A stretch of DNA of 64,000 bases from Gammaproteobacteria bacterium (GCA_965116495.1 OZ220696.1:3424001-3488000); one strand, 5' to 3'; numbered from the stretch's first letter, positions 22,552 to 32,518 are shown. Numbers and translations are program-made. Notes: generated by a model not told the origin, from the sequence alone.

Positions 22552-22631
22552 GTCATTCCGGGATGTTCGTCAATCCTGACTGTTTGTCATACCGGTCTGT
22601 TTGTCATTCCGGGCTCGACCCGGAATCCAGT
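22552..22631 (+). repeat. REP-like element with tandem 17-bp degenerate heads
   Basis: GTCAwwCC at 22552, 22569, 22586, 22603; last unit complete (GTCATTCCGGGCTCGACCCGGAATCCAGT). Confidence 0.7.
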
Positions 22632-22660
22632 CGTATTCCTGCCAGTAATGGAGAACAGTT

Positions 22661-24712
22661 ATGAGCGGTTGGGCTGAGCGCCTGCTATGCGCAGACCACG
22701 TCGCAGTCATCGGTGCATCCGCTACCGAGGGGAAACTCGGTTATCTTTTCATGCAAAATCTTGTCCATGCCTATCCGGGAAACATCTATCCCATCAACCC
22801 GAAACAGGACCGGATACTCGGGCTTCAGACATACCCGTCCGTTAAAGAAACCCCGGTCCCGGTGGACCTGGCGATTCTGACCACGCCTCCCGGCGCTGCG
22901 CCGCAGATAATCGAAGAATGTGTTGCAGCAGGGGTTGCAACAGCCGTGATTATCAGCGGCGGTTTTGCAGAGATCGGTAACAAGGGAATTGAGCTGGAAC
23001 AGGCGGTTGCAGAAATCGCAAAAAAAGGACGGTTACGCCTGTTGGGCCCCAACTGCTTCGGCGTAATTAACACACACCTGGGGTTGAATGCTTCTCTGGG
23101 GCTGGGTCTGCCCGAGAAAGGCGGGGTGTCGTTGATTACCCAGAGCGGCGCGTACGGCATGGCCGCGTTTACCCGTTCAAAACTGGGAGAAATCGGGTTC
23201 GCCAAGGTGATCGCACCGGGCAACAAAATAGATATTAACGAAATCGAACTGCTTTCCTACCTGCGCGATGACCCTGACACGCGGGTCATTGCCATGCTGA
23301 TAGAATCCATAACTGACGGGCGCGCATTATTCGAAGAGATAAACCTGACCACGGAAACCAAGCCGGTAGTTATATTAAAGACCGGCAGGACCGGCTCGGG
23401 GCAACGCGCCGCCGCCAGCCACACCGCGGCGCTTGCCGGTGATTACGCGGTAACGGCGGCGGCACTGCGCCAGGCCGGCGCGCACTTGGTAACCGACGGC
23501 CAGACCCTGCTGGATACCGCGGCGGCGCTGGACAAGCAACCGTTCCACGAGGGAAAACGCGTGGCAATCATCACCAACTCGGGTGGGACAGGAGTCGAGT
23601 TGACCGATTTGCTAACCGATTACGGTCTTGAAGTGCCTGCCTTATCAGGGGGATTACAGGAGGAAATAAGCGCTTTTTTACCTGATCAGGGCAGCGCGGT
23701 AAACCCGGTCGACGTCACTACCCAATGGCACCGCTTTACCGAGATGTACGGTTCGGCAATCCGGTTGTTAACGGAATCTGATGAAGTTGATATTATTTTG
23801 CCCGTCCTGCTGCAACGTTCGGCAATAATGCCCGAAGTCACCGAGCGTGTCATACGGGAATACCAGTCGGCAAAAGCCGGGAACAAGGCTAAACCCGTGC
23901 ATGTCTGCTGGGTCGCCGGACCCGAGGCGGACAATAACAAAAAGAAACTGCAGGACAGCGGAATCCCGGTCCACCCCTGGCCGCTGCGCACGGCCAAAAC
24001 CATCGCCGCCTGTATCGGCTCCAGGCCCGGGAATGTCGGGGCCAGTCCGGACAAGCGTCCCCGCCCTGACCGGGTTTGCGCTAATGAATGGGTACCGATG
24101 GACCTTGCATTGACTCTTATTCAGGAAGAGGGGATTAATACAGCCCGCTGGTATTATGTAAACGGAGCAGCCGAACTGCATTCTGTCAGCAAAAGCGCGG
24201 CTTACCCCCTGGTGATTAAAGCCATACGCCCGGATTTGATACATAAATCCGATGCCGGGGCGGTCAAGGTCGGAATTTCTTCAGCGCAAGAGTTGATGTC
24301 AACAGCCGCTGAAATGGAATCCCTGTTCGGCAGCGGGCCTTTCCTGGTGCAGCAGCAGGTAACGGCCGGCGTGGAGTTGTTGCTGGGAGCAACCCGGGAT
24401 GACAATTTCGGGCTGGTTATAACGTTCGGCATCGGCGGTACAATGGTGGAAGTGCTTAAAGACGTAGCATTGCGTCTTGCGCCGGTCAGCGTGGAAATGG
24501 CGCATGAGATGCTGGATGAAATAAAGGGCCGGCAACTGCTGGATGGCTACCGGGGTAACGCGCCGGTTAACCGGGATGCACTTGCCCGGGTGATCGCTGG
24601 TTTTTCCCGGTGGATAGATGAATCGGCCTGGATTGAGCAGGTTGACATGAACCCGGTCATCGCCCACGGGGATGAGTTGACCGTGGTCGATGTGAGAATA
24701 CTTGCCGGATGA
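22661..24712 (+). CDS. Acyl-CoA synthetase, ADP-forming (acetate--CoA ligase family)
   Basis: VIGAS, GPNCFG, SQSG-like, ASHTAALAG (phospho-His), ATP-grasp HKSDAGAV. Confidence 0.88.
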   Translation: MSGWAERLLCADHVAVIGASATEGKLGYLFMQNLVHAYPGNIYPINPKQDRILGLQTYPSVKETPVPVDLAILTTPPGAAPQIIEECVAAGVATAVIISGGFAEIGNKGIELEQAVAEIAKKGRLRLLGPNCFGVINTHLGLNASLGLGLPEKGGVSLITQSGAYGMAAFTRSKLGEIGFAKVIAPGNKIDINEIELLSYLRDDPDTRVIAMLIESITDGRALFEEINLTTETKPVVILKTGRTGSGQRAAASHTAALAGDYAVTAAALRQAGAHLVTDGQTLLDTAAALDKQPFHEGKRVAIITNSGGTGVELTDLLTDYGLEVPALSGGLQEEISAFLPDQGSAVNPVDVTTQWHRFTEMYGSAIRLLTESDEVDIILPVLLQRSAIMPEVTERVIREYQSAKAGNKAKPVHVCWVAGPEADNNKKKLQDSGIPVHPWPLRTAKTIAACIGSRPGNVGASPDKRPRPDRVCANEWVPMDLALTLIQEEGINTARWYYVNGAAELHSVSKSAAYPLVIKAIRPDLIHKSDAGAVKVGISSAQELMSTAAEMESLFGSGPFLVQQQVTAGVELLLGATRDDNFGLVITFGIGGTMVEVLKDVALRLAPVSVEMAHEMLDEIKGRQLLDGYRGNAPVNRDALARVIAGFSRWIDESAWIEQVDMNPVIAHGDELTVVDVRILAG

Positions 24713-24719
24713 TGAGAGA

Positions 24720-26084
24720 ATGATGGCAGAACGACTGGTAATAGTAGGGGGAGTCGCCGCAGGCGCCAAGGCGGCTGCCAAAGCCCGGAGAATGAGGCCG
24801 GACCTGGATATTGTCGTGTACCAGGATGAAACGGAAGTCTCCTATTCGGCATGCGGTCAACCCTATGTATTGAGCGGCGTCATTGAAAACAGGGATAAAA
24901 TCATCATTCGCCGTCCGCAGGAGTTTGCCGGCGATAATATCCGTGTCCTTACCCGGCACCAGGTCGAAGCCATCGACGTAGCAACCCGGCAGGTACGGGT
25001 CAACGACCTGTCCGGAAACGGCGTGCAGACAACTGCTTATGACAAGCTCATCCTGGCAACCGGCGCCAGGCCGGTAATTCCGGCCGTTGACGGAATTGAA
25101 CTGGAAGGCGTGTTGACGCTTCGATCCATATCCGACCTGGACAGGTTCAAGTCGGCCATAAGTATCCTGAAACCGAAAAAAGCCGCGATCATCGGGGCGG
25201 GATATATCGGTCTGGAACTGGCCGAGACCTTCCATGCGCTGAATATAACAACGGCCATCATCGAAAAGTTTGGCCGGATCCTGCCGAAATTCGACGGGGA
25301 AATGGCGCAGCAGGTCAGCGCTCACCTGGTGGAAAATGGTGTTGAACTCGTAACGGGAGATGGGTTGGCAGGGATTGGCGGGCATAATGGCAGGGTGGCT
25401 TCGGTCACCACGGAATCGGGATTGAGCAGGGACGTCGACCTGGTGGTGATTGCCATCGGGGTCAGGCCCAATACGGACCTGGCGCGGGACGGCGGAATTG
25501 CAACCGGTGAAACGGGGGCCATCGCAGTCGACAAAAAAATGCAGACCCGGGTTCCGGGTGTGTATGCCGCGGGCGATTGCTGTGAGACTATTGACCGGGT
25601 CACCGGAAAAACCACCTGGTTGCCGTTGGGTGATATTGCCAACCTGCAGGGCAGGGTTGCCGGCGAGAATGCCGCGGGGGGTAATGCCAGTTTCCCCGGC
25701 GTGCTGGGTACCGCCATATTCAAGACTTTTGATCTCAATGTTGCCTGCACCGGGTTGTCCGAGACCTCAGCCCGGCAAGCGGGCTATGAGGCCGTGTCCA
25801 TCAATGTGAACCGGTCCGACCGTGCGCGCTATTATCCGGGCGGCAGCAGTCTGGCGATAAAACTGGTTGCCGACAAACAGGGCGGCCGGTTGCTGGGCGC
25901 CCAGGTTATCGGACCGGGCAAGGCCGACAAGATGATAGACATTGCCGCGACTGCTCTTCTCGGCAGGTTGACCTGCGGGGACCTGGAGAACGCGGACCTG
26001 GCCTACGCACCGCCGTTCAGCCCGGTGTTATCTCCGATGATAACGGCGGCAGGCGCCCTCAACAGCAAAGTCGGTAACAGGTGA
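24720..26084 (+). CDS. CoA-disulfide reductase/NADH oxidase family flavoprotein
   Basis: GGVAAG, single redox Cys SYSACG, GAGYIG, DLAYAPPF. Confidence 0.85.
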   Translation: MMAERLVIVGGVAAGAKAAAKARRMRPDLDIVVYQDETEVSYSACGQPYVLSGVIENRDKIIIRRPQEFAGDNIRVLTRHQVEAIDVATRQVRVNDLSGNGVQTTAYDKLILATGARPVIPAVDGIELEGVLTLRSISDLDRFKSAISILKPKKAAIIGAGYIGLELAETFHALNITTAIIEKFGRILPKFDGEMAQQVSAHLVENGVELVTGDGLAGIGGHNGRVASVTTESGLSRDVDLVVIAIGVRPNTDLARDGGIATGETGAIAVDKKMQTRVPGVYAAGDCCETIDRVTGKTTWLPLGDIANLQGRVAGENAAGGNASFPGVLGTAIFKTFDLNVACTGLSETSARQAGYEAVSINVNRSDRARYYPGGSSLAIKLVADKQGGRLLGAQVIGPGKADKMIDIAATALLGRLTCGDLENADLAYAPPFSPVLSPMITAAGALNSKVGNR

Positions 26085-27145
26085 AACTGAACTTCATCAG
26101 CCTGGTTTTTGCCGCGGTTTTTTTCTACGTTTCCCCGGTCAACGTCGCGGCTGCGGACAAACCTGTTACCGTCCCGGTTCTCGTCGCACCGTTTAACGCC
26201 GGTCCGCTTGCCGGTGACACGATATTAATGAACCGGATGATCCAGGGACGGCATGCCGTTGTCCTCCTGCCCCAGGAGACCCCCGGGTATATCTACAACA
26301 TCCGCGCGATGAAGAACCCGGAAAACTGGGGTACGACGCTGTTCAATACCGAAGATACGATTATCCAGTTGGCGTTCCATGGCGGGTCGGATGAACTGAA
26401 GGAGTTTTTGCCGGAAAAAATCGCTATCAGGTTCAAGTTGCTCTACTGCGAAGCCTGGTGGGGTGGGGGGAAGGTTTTCATTACCTACGAGGAAACTGTC
26501 AGCAGCCTGTCCCAACTGCAGGGCAAACAGGTTTCAATCGGCCTGAGAAGTCAAAGTGACAGGGGCGTATATCCAAGGTTATTTCTTGAACACGGTTACC
26601 GGGTGACGCCCGAAAATACGGATATCCGCCACCTGACACCGGTCGCCCTGTCACAACAACTGATCGATGGCGTCACGGATGTGGCCGCAGGCAGTTTCGG
26701 CACCGAACCCGGCCGCAACCACTGGTTGATCCAGCAGGTGGTACGCAAGATAGAGGCCGCCGGAAAAAAAATGTACTACCTGGGAATCGAAAAAGAGGTC
26801 GTGGAAAAACTGAACATGAAGTTCGGTACCACCTGGATGCCGATAGAGTTGCCGGCAGGGACCCTGCCGCACCAGGATGGACCGTTGCCTTCGGCCATAA
26901 ACCGGGGATACAAAGCGTCCCACCCTGATTTCCCTGAAGAGCTTGCCTACCATATAATCATGACCATCGCCCGGTTGGGGCCGGAAATGAAAAAATACCA
27001 TGCGATCTGGAAGTTGTGGTCTCCGCAACTGATGCTGAGCGGATTAACGGAGGAAAACGTTCATCCGGGGGCCAGACGCGCATACCGGGAACTGGGTTGG
27101 TGGGAAGACCGTAACCGTGAATTTCCGGTTACCTACCCGCGCTAG
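26081..27145 (+). CDS. TAXI-type TRAP substrate-binding protein
   Basis: Signal peptide; LQGKQVSIG, LPAGT, HPGARRAYRELG. Confidence 0.75.
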   Translation: MKLNFISLVFAAVFFYVSPVNVAAADKPVTVPVLVAPFNAGPLAGDTILMNRMIQGRHAVVLLPQETPGYIYNIRAMKNPENWGTTLFNTEDTIIQLAFHGGSDELKEFLPEKIAIRFKLLYCEAWWGGGKVFITYEETVSSLSQLQGKQVSIGLRSQSDRGVYPRLFLEHGYRVTPENTDIRHLTPVALSQQLIDGVTDVAAGSFGTEPGRNHWLIQQVVRKIEAAGKKMYYLGIEKEVVEKLNMKFGTTWMPIELPAGTLPHQDGPLPSAINRGYKASHPDFPEELAYHIIMTIARLGPEMKKYHAIWKLWSPQLMLSGLTEENVHPGARRAYRELGWWEDRNREFPVTYPR

Positions 27146-27163
27146 AAACTTGTTAAGTTACCC

Positions 27164-27191
27164 GTCATTCCCGCGCACGCGGGAATCCAGT
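27164..27191 (+). repeat. REP-like palindrome
   Basis: GTCATTCCCGCGCACGCGGGAATCCAGT. Confidence 0.75.
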
Positions 27192-27211
27192 CACACATTT
27201 ACCTTATCCTC

Positions 27212-29035
27212 ATGTCCATCGATTGGCATAAAACCCGCGCCGTCATCCAATTCCTGTTTGTAACAACCGGCGTGCTGCTGTCCGCATCCATCGCGGTTGC
27301 ACTATTCGGTTATGTTCGCAGTTCTCCCGCCCATTACTCAAGCTTCGTGCTCGGCATCGTCATCATGTCAGGTCTGCTCGGCCTGCGAAACCTGCTGGAT
27401 GAGCACCTGCAGGACAACAGGGGCAGGTACTTTCACGTCAAAAGTGTCGTTGCCGTTGCCGGTTTTATCCTGGCTGCAACAGGCGCCGTCTACATCCGTT
27501 ACAACGTATCAAGGCTGGAGCTGATCCAGCCGTTTTTTGAGAACATCGACGTGGTTTACGGTTTGATTTTTACGGCCGGGATCCTGTTGCTCACCATGCT
27601 GCACTGGGGGCTCTTGCTTACCTCTATTATCGCAATGGCAATCGTCTATTTTTTTTACGGCCACCATATCGATAACGTCCTGTTTACCCATCCGCACTAC
27701 CAGACCGGCTTTGTTATGAACTATATCGGGCTGGGAACCACACAGGGCTTTTTCCTGTTGACGCAACTGGCCGCCGACAGTATTTATTTCCTGCTCATCT
27801 ATGCCAGTGTGCTGATCAGTATCGGCGCATTGCAGATGGCGCTGGAACTGGGCAAGGTATCAGGTAAAAAGGTGGCAGGTGGCGCCGCTTATCCGGCGAT
27901 CCTGGGCAGCGGGATCGTCGCCTCGGTGATGGGGCAGGCCGTATCCAACGTGGTGCTTACCGGCCGGTTTACCATACCCATGATGAAAAAAAACGGTTAT
28001 TCCGCGTCAATGGCCGGAGCTATAGAAGCGGTAGCCTCTACCGCGGGCCAGCTCATGCCGCCAATTCTGGGCTTGGCGGGTTTTTTGATCGCCGCGTTGC
28101 TCAACATTCCCTATATAAAGGTTGCAGGCGCCGCACTGTTACCGGCGTTGCTGTTTTTAACCGGCATATTCATCAGCGTGTCGCTATACGCAAGACGGCA
28201 ACAGATCCCGAAGCTGACTGATAATTTTGATGCCGGAAGCGTTATCAGGATTGCGCCTACTTTTGTTGTTTCGTTTGCCGTTGTCCTGATCATGTTGCTG
28301 ATGCACTACTCCCCATCCATCGCAGGGATGTGCGGGATCGCCGCTGCGTTGGCTCTGTCCATGTTCCAGGGCAGGTACAGGCCGACAGCAAAAAAGATTT
28401 TCGGCGCGCTGGAGGAAGGGTTCGTGCTCGTTACGCTGTTGTCGTTGCTGATTATCGCCATCGGTCCCCTTGGACAGACCATGATCACAACGAATTTATC
28501 CGGACGTCTCGGTTCAGTCCTGGTCAATATCCTGCCGGATGCCCCGTTACTTCTGCTGGTCGGGGCCATGGTCATCACGCTCATACTGGGCATGGGCCTG
28601 CCTACCCCCGTCGCTTACGTCGTGACGGCCCTTGCAGTGGTGCCGTTTCTGCAGCAACTGGGGTTCCCTGCGTTTCAGTCGCACTTCTTCGTGTTTTATT
28701 TTGCCGTGTTCTCAACGCTGACGCTGCCCATTGCCGTTGGGGTGCTGGCTGCGGCCAAACTGGCCGGCTCCAGGTTCATCCCCACCGCCGTCAATGCGTT
28801 AAAATTGACTTTTCCGGTTTTTCTTATTCCCTTCGCGGTGATCTACAACCCGGAACTCTCCATGATTGACGACTGGACCTGGCGCACGCCTGTGTTGTTC
28901 GCAGCCCTGGTTGTTATCCAGGCATGCATTGCAGCCGCTATATTCGGTCCGGCCTCCGGACATTCCAGGCCGGCTCAGCGGGCATTCCTCCTGCTTGTTT
29001 CCTTAGCGGGCTTTTATTTCTTGTTTTTGAGCTGA
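27212..29035 (+). CDS. TRAP transporter fused permease (4TM/12TM type)
   Basis: TIPMMKKNGY..AGAIEAVASTAGQLMPP, LGMGLPT, HFFVFYF. Confidence 0.88.
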   Translation: MSIDWHKTRAVIQFLFVTTGVLLSASIAVALFGYVRSSPAHYSSFVLGIVIMSGLLGLRNLLDEHLQDNRGRYFHVKSVVAVAGFILAATGAVYIRYNVSRLELIQPFFENIDVVYGLIFTAGILLLTMLHWGLLLTSIIAMAIVYFFYGHHIDNVLFTHPHYQTGFVMNYIGLGTTQGFFLLTQLAADSIYFLLIYASVLISIGALQMALELGKVSGKKVAGGAAYPAILGSGIVASVMGQAVSNVVLTGRFTIPMMKKNGYSASMAGAIEAVASTAGQLMPPILGLAGFLIAALLNIPYIKVAGAALLPALLFLTGIFISVSLYARRQQIPKLTDNFDAGSVIRIAPTFVVSFAVVLIMLLMHYSPSIAGMCGIAAALALSMFQGRYRPTAKKIFGALEEGFVLVTLLSLLIIAIGPLGQTMITTNLSGRLGSVLVNILPDAPLLLLVGAMVITLILGMGLPTPVAYVVTALAVVPFLQQLGFPAFQSHFFVFYFAVFSTLTLPIAVGVLAAAKLAGSRFIPTAVNALKLTFPVFLIPFAVIYNPELSMIDDWTWRTPVLFAALVVIQACIAAAIFGPASGHSRPAQRAFLLLVSLAGFYFLFLS

Positions 29036-29063
29036 CGCTCGATGACGGTGGAGGTTATTACAT

Positions 29064-29306
29064 CTATGACCGGTGAAGGGCATCATCCGGCTTGGCGCAG
29101 CACGGGTCACTCTGCTGTATCGGCGGGCATTTAACCGTGCCGTAGGAACAGAATACACAACAGTCGCCCGGTTTTGGCTTCAACAACGTATCGCAGTTTT
29201 CGCACTGGTAAAACCACTGGCAGGCATCAGCCGGCATTATTTCCGTTTTTTTGTGGTTACAGCCAGGGCATGTAATCTCTGATTCCAGCGTGACGAACCG
29301 GTCTAT
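29064..29306 (-). CDS. GDCCVxC-domain Cys-rich protein, no canonical start codon (possible pseudogene)
   Basis: Hand translation: ..LESEITCPGCNHKKTEIMPADACQWFYQCENCDTLLKPKPGDCCVFCSYGTVKCPPIQ..CC; first codon ATA overlaps the upstream TAA. Confidence 0.75.
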   Translation of the reverse strand: MDRFVTLESEITCPGCNHKKTEIMPADACQWFYQCENCDTLLKPKPGDCCVFCSYGTVKCPPIQQSDPCCAKPDDALHRS

Positions 29307-30064
29307 TACTGTTTCCGTGATAAATACTTTACCGGAACGGCAAAGGATATGACACCGATAGCTATTCCAAGGAGCCAGTTCAGAATGCCGTTATCCCCGC
29401 CATACCGGTTGGGGTTTCTTGCCGCGGTGAGCCCGGGAATGGCGGGTATGTCGCCACTGCCGTTGCCCACCACGAGCTGGGCCTTCATGCCTTTTTCCAT
29501 GTGGGCAGCCATGTCACAGTGGACCAGGTAGGTCTTGTCATCGCTGGGAACGATGAACGTTCCTGTCTTGCTGAAGCCGCCGTTGGTCTCAAGGTGGAAC
29601 ATGCTCTGCGGGTACAGGTAACTGGGCAGACCGTGTACCATCCATTGGTGCCTGACATCATCCTCGTTGGTATATGTCACGGTGATGCGTGAACAGGGTT
29701 TGACGCGCCACTGGTGTTGATTGAAGCCGAATGTCCTGTCCGGATAAGGCGCTGCATACTTCTTGCCGGCCGACACGCTGATTTCCACGTCCTCAGAAAT
29801 CGCGCGGCAATCGCGCGGCAGTTCATCCCTGTTTTCATTCATCACCATGCCTTCCATGTCCAGTTTCATGTTGCCGCAGGCGCCTTCGCCGCAGCGTCCT
29901 TCACCGCACATGCCTTCGCTATCCATGTCCATCCGGCTGTTTTTTTCAACCTCCTCAAGCTGGAAGGGGTTTTGTTCCGCACTAACGCCGGGCTGGGACC
30001 ACGGGTTGACCAGGATGGAGGCCGTAACCAGGGCCAGGGGATTTAATGCCTGTTTAATCTTCAT
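29306..30064 (-). CDS. Exported, membrane-anchored cupredoxin with N-terminal EGxCG repeats
   Basis: Type-1 Cu ligands H(QWMVH)..C-x4-H-x4-M; signal peptide; C-terminal TM helix. Confidence 0.8.
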   Translation of the reverse strand: MKIKQALNPLALVTASILVNPWSQPGVSAEQNPFQLEEVEKNSRMDMDSEGMCGEGRCGEGACGNMKLDMEGMVMNENRDELPRDCRAISEDVEISVSAGKKYAAPYPDRTFGFNQHQWRVKPCSRITVTYTNEDDVRHQWMVHGLPSYLYPQSMFHLETNGGFSKTGTFIVPSDDKTYLVHCDMAAHMEKGMKAQLVVGNGSGDIPAIPGLTAARNPNRYGGDNGILNWLLGIAIGVISFAVPVKYLSRKQ

Positions 30065-31751
30065 TCTTTCTCACCGTCCGGATGAGCAGGATTGTCACGG
30101 CAAGAAACAGCCCCGCCGTGATTGCAAACAGGATCATCCTGCCCGGCAGCGCCGTTTGTTCCTCAAGGTCGGAAAACCGTCCCCCGGGGTCCATATCACC
30201 CCAGACGGGTACCTGGCGCCGGTAGTATTCCTGGTTGAAAAACAGGGACAGGTCCCCCGCCGTTTCAGGAATCCCGTCCTCTCCCAGGAACTTCTCATAG
30301 ACAATCATGCTGATATCCCCGCCGGGGTTCATGCCGTCGGTAGTCACTGCCTGCTCACGATGGTCGTGGATGAACCAGACCCCCTCCCCGTAACTGTGCA
30401 GGCCGTCATTAACTGTATTCAATTCGAGGTCCAGGCGCTGGGCCGCGCTCAGCCATACGACGTCCCGCGTCACCCGGGCAACCGGGTTCTGTTCGACGCC
30501 GTCGTAATGGGTAATGGTGACCTTGTGGCCGTGGGTGTGCAGTGATACGCCCTCAGCCCCGGCATTGAGGACGCGCAGTTTTATTTTTTCATCCGGTTTG
30601 ACCAGTACCAGGGATTCACGCATGGTGTAGGGGAAAGAACGCCCGTTAAGCAGGAAGTATTCGGGAACGCGCCCGGTGGTGTTGTATTCGCGGTTGGTTG
30701 CTTTAGCGATGAACCGGGGGTCGCTGCTCTGTTGTATGAGTTCATGTAATTCCTTATCCGCTTCGCTGTACTGCAGGTCGTATTCCCTTGCATAGTTTTC
30801 CCTGACGGCGGCAGACGGGTAACGGACGTGACCGGCGCCCACGTTGAATGTCTGCACCCGGTTGTCCGGACGGTTCTCTTCGACGACGAACATGCCCTGC
30901 AGTCCCATCAACACGTGTACCTGTGGTTGCACATGACAATGGTAGAACATGGTGCCGGTCTGCCGCGGCGTCATGTCATAAGTCCGGCTCTCACCGGGCA
31001 TGATCATCATCTCACTAATCCTGGGAACACCGTCGTTGCCTTCTCCCTGCGCATCCTGGTAGGGGTGGTCCACGCCATGAAAGTGAATGGTATGCGGCAT
31101 ATAGTGGGTATTTTCCAGGGTGACCCTCAGTCGATCGCCCTGTTCGATCCGGATCACCGGAGACGGCAGGCGCAGCATCTCGTTAGCCTCGATGCTTTCG
31201 AAGTTGACCGTAGCCATCCCCCGCTGTTTGGGGGTGAACACCCAGAATCCGGGCTGGATACCCGGGGCGACGGAGTAGGCAGGAATAAACTCTTTCATAT
31301 CAGGAGAATGACCGTTCAATTCGGTTACTTCCAGGCGGATATGGATATCGTCGGGGTCACCGTCGTTGTCGATATCGTTTTCCTTGACAACAGCATCCGG
31401 GGCAAGCTGTGTACGCATCAGGACAGGCATTGACACATTATTCGTTCCCTTGACAAAAGCGGCGATTTCGGCGGGATTATCCGGCTGGCACAGTCCTGAT
31501 TCCTGGATCCTGAGCCCGTCAACCAGTTGTTCTGTGCGCCAGTTCCGGTTAACCGGCGGGCACGTCTCTTCGGGTTCAAGTAATAAGTCTGCCTGGCTCG
31601 CAGGCGCCGGGATATAGCCGCGCCCACCGAATATATCGAAATAATCCTGCTGCAGACCCGACGGTATCCAGTTGACCGGAACCAGGTAAACCAGGCAAAC
31701 AAGTAAAACAAGATTGATTATCGACAGTGTAATAACACGCTTATGCCGCAT
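30054..31751 (-). CDS. Multicopper oxidase
   Basis: HTIHFHG, FYHCHV..HV.MG, HTHGH, HDH. Confidence 0.88.
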   Translation of the reverse strand: MRHKRVITLSIINLVLLVCLVYLVPVNWIPSGLQQDYFDIFGGRGYIPAPASQADLLLEPEETCPPVNRNWRTEQLVDGLRIQESGLCQPDNPAEIAAFVKGTNNVSMPVLMRTQLAPDAVVKENDIDNDGDPDDIHIRLEVTELNGHSPDMKEFIPAYSVAPGIQPGFWVFTPKQRGMATVNFESIEANEMLRLPSPVIRIEQGDRLRVTLENTHYMPHTIHFHGVDHPYQDAQGEGNDGVPRISEMMIMPGESRTYDMTPRQTGTMFYHCHVQPQVHVLMGLQGMFVVEENRPDNRVQTFNVGAGHVRYPSAAVRENYAREYDLQYSEADKELHELIQQSSDPRFIAKATNREYNTTGRVPEYFLLNGRSFPYTMRESLVLVKPDEKIKLRVLNAGAEGVSLHTHGHKVTITHYDGVEQNPVARVTRDVVWLSAAQRLDLELNTVNDGLHSYGEGVWFIHDHREQAVTTDGMNPGGDISMIVYEKFLGEDGIPETAGDLSLFFNQEYYRRQVPVWGDMDPGGRFSDLEEQTALPGRMILFAITAGLFLAVTILLIRTVRKNED

Positions 31752-31822
31752 AGTCCTGGTGTTTCTTGAAATGTGTAAGAATGGTACAGCGTTTTACACT
31801 TGTCGGGAAGCCGGATGGCCGA

Positions 31823-32437
31823 TCAGGAAGCCTGCTGTTTCTCCTTTCTCTCTTTTTCCTGTTTTTTTACGGTATACCACATCACCAGGCCGGCTGAGAC
31901 AAGCAGTATGGTGAACCACATGCGTGAAGGATTAAATCCGTCAACTCCCAACCCGTAACCGACACCGAAAGGGAATACGGAGATGTATTCTTTGTCGTTA
32001 GGAATATCGTCAACCTTGACCATACCGATAAAACGGCCGGGTTCGGTGAAGTTGTATTCAACATTGAATGAGCCCGTTCTCCTCAACTCTGAGGGGAGGT
32101 AATAGACGGTATTCCGTTCTATATCAGTTTCACTGCCCAGGTCGTCTAATGTTGCGTAATTGCCGATATCGTTGACATCTTCAATGATACGGAAATCTAT
32201 CGCCATATCCCGTAATTGATTATCGATGTAGTCCAGGACAATAATGGCGCTGCCCACGTTGGGTATGTCCTCGCAGAACTCTTCACTCTGGGTTTGCTCA
32301 GGTTGGAAACCGGTAAAATGCATGAGATAAGGACCTGCCTTCAGCACGCACATATCATCCTCGATAGCCACGCCGCCGTGTGCCAGCACGGTCTGGGAGA
32401 GAAAACTGCAGCAGAAAATAATCAGTAACAGGCGCAT
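31823..32437 (-). CDS. pmoD: PmoD/AmoD-family copper protein
   Basis: AHGG...DMCVL...MHFTGFQP...FCEDIP, C-terminal TM helix; directly after CuMMO B. Confidence 0.85.
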   Translation of the reverse strand: MRLLLIIFCCSFLSQTVLAHGGVAIEDDMCVLKAGPYLMHFTGFQPEQTQSEEFCEDIPNVGSAIIVLDYIDNQLRDMAIDFRIIEDVNDIGNYATLDDLGSETDIERNTVYYLPSELRRTGSFNVEYNFTEPGRFIGMVKVDDIPNDKEYISVFPFGVGYGLGVDGFNPSRMWFTILLVSAGLVMWYTVKKQEKERKEKQQAS

Positions 32438-32463
32438 TGTATCTCGAAACTCACCTTGCCCGC

Positions 32464-32496
32464 CTGCCTGTTAATCGATCCGGATAACAGGCAGAC
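32464..32496. terminator. Stem-loop between CuMMO B and pmoD
   Basis: CTGCCTGTTA...TAACAGGCAG inverted repeat. Confidence 0.45.
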
Positions 32497-32518
32497 GGTC
32501 AAGGATAACAGGGTTTGT

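Noticed and set aside
22552-22631. CRISPR array
   Set aside because: A 17-bp period leaves no room for spacers, and there are no cas genes.
29073-29282. 69-aa plus-strand ORF
   Set aside because: Antisense shadow of the GDCCVxC gene.
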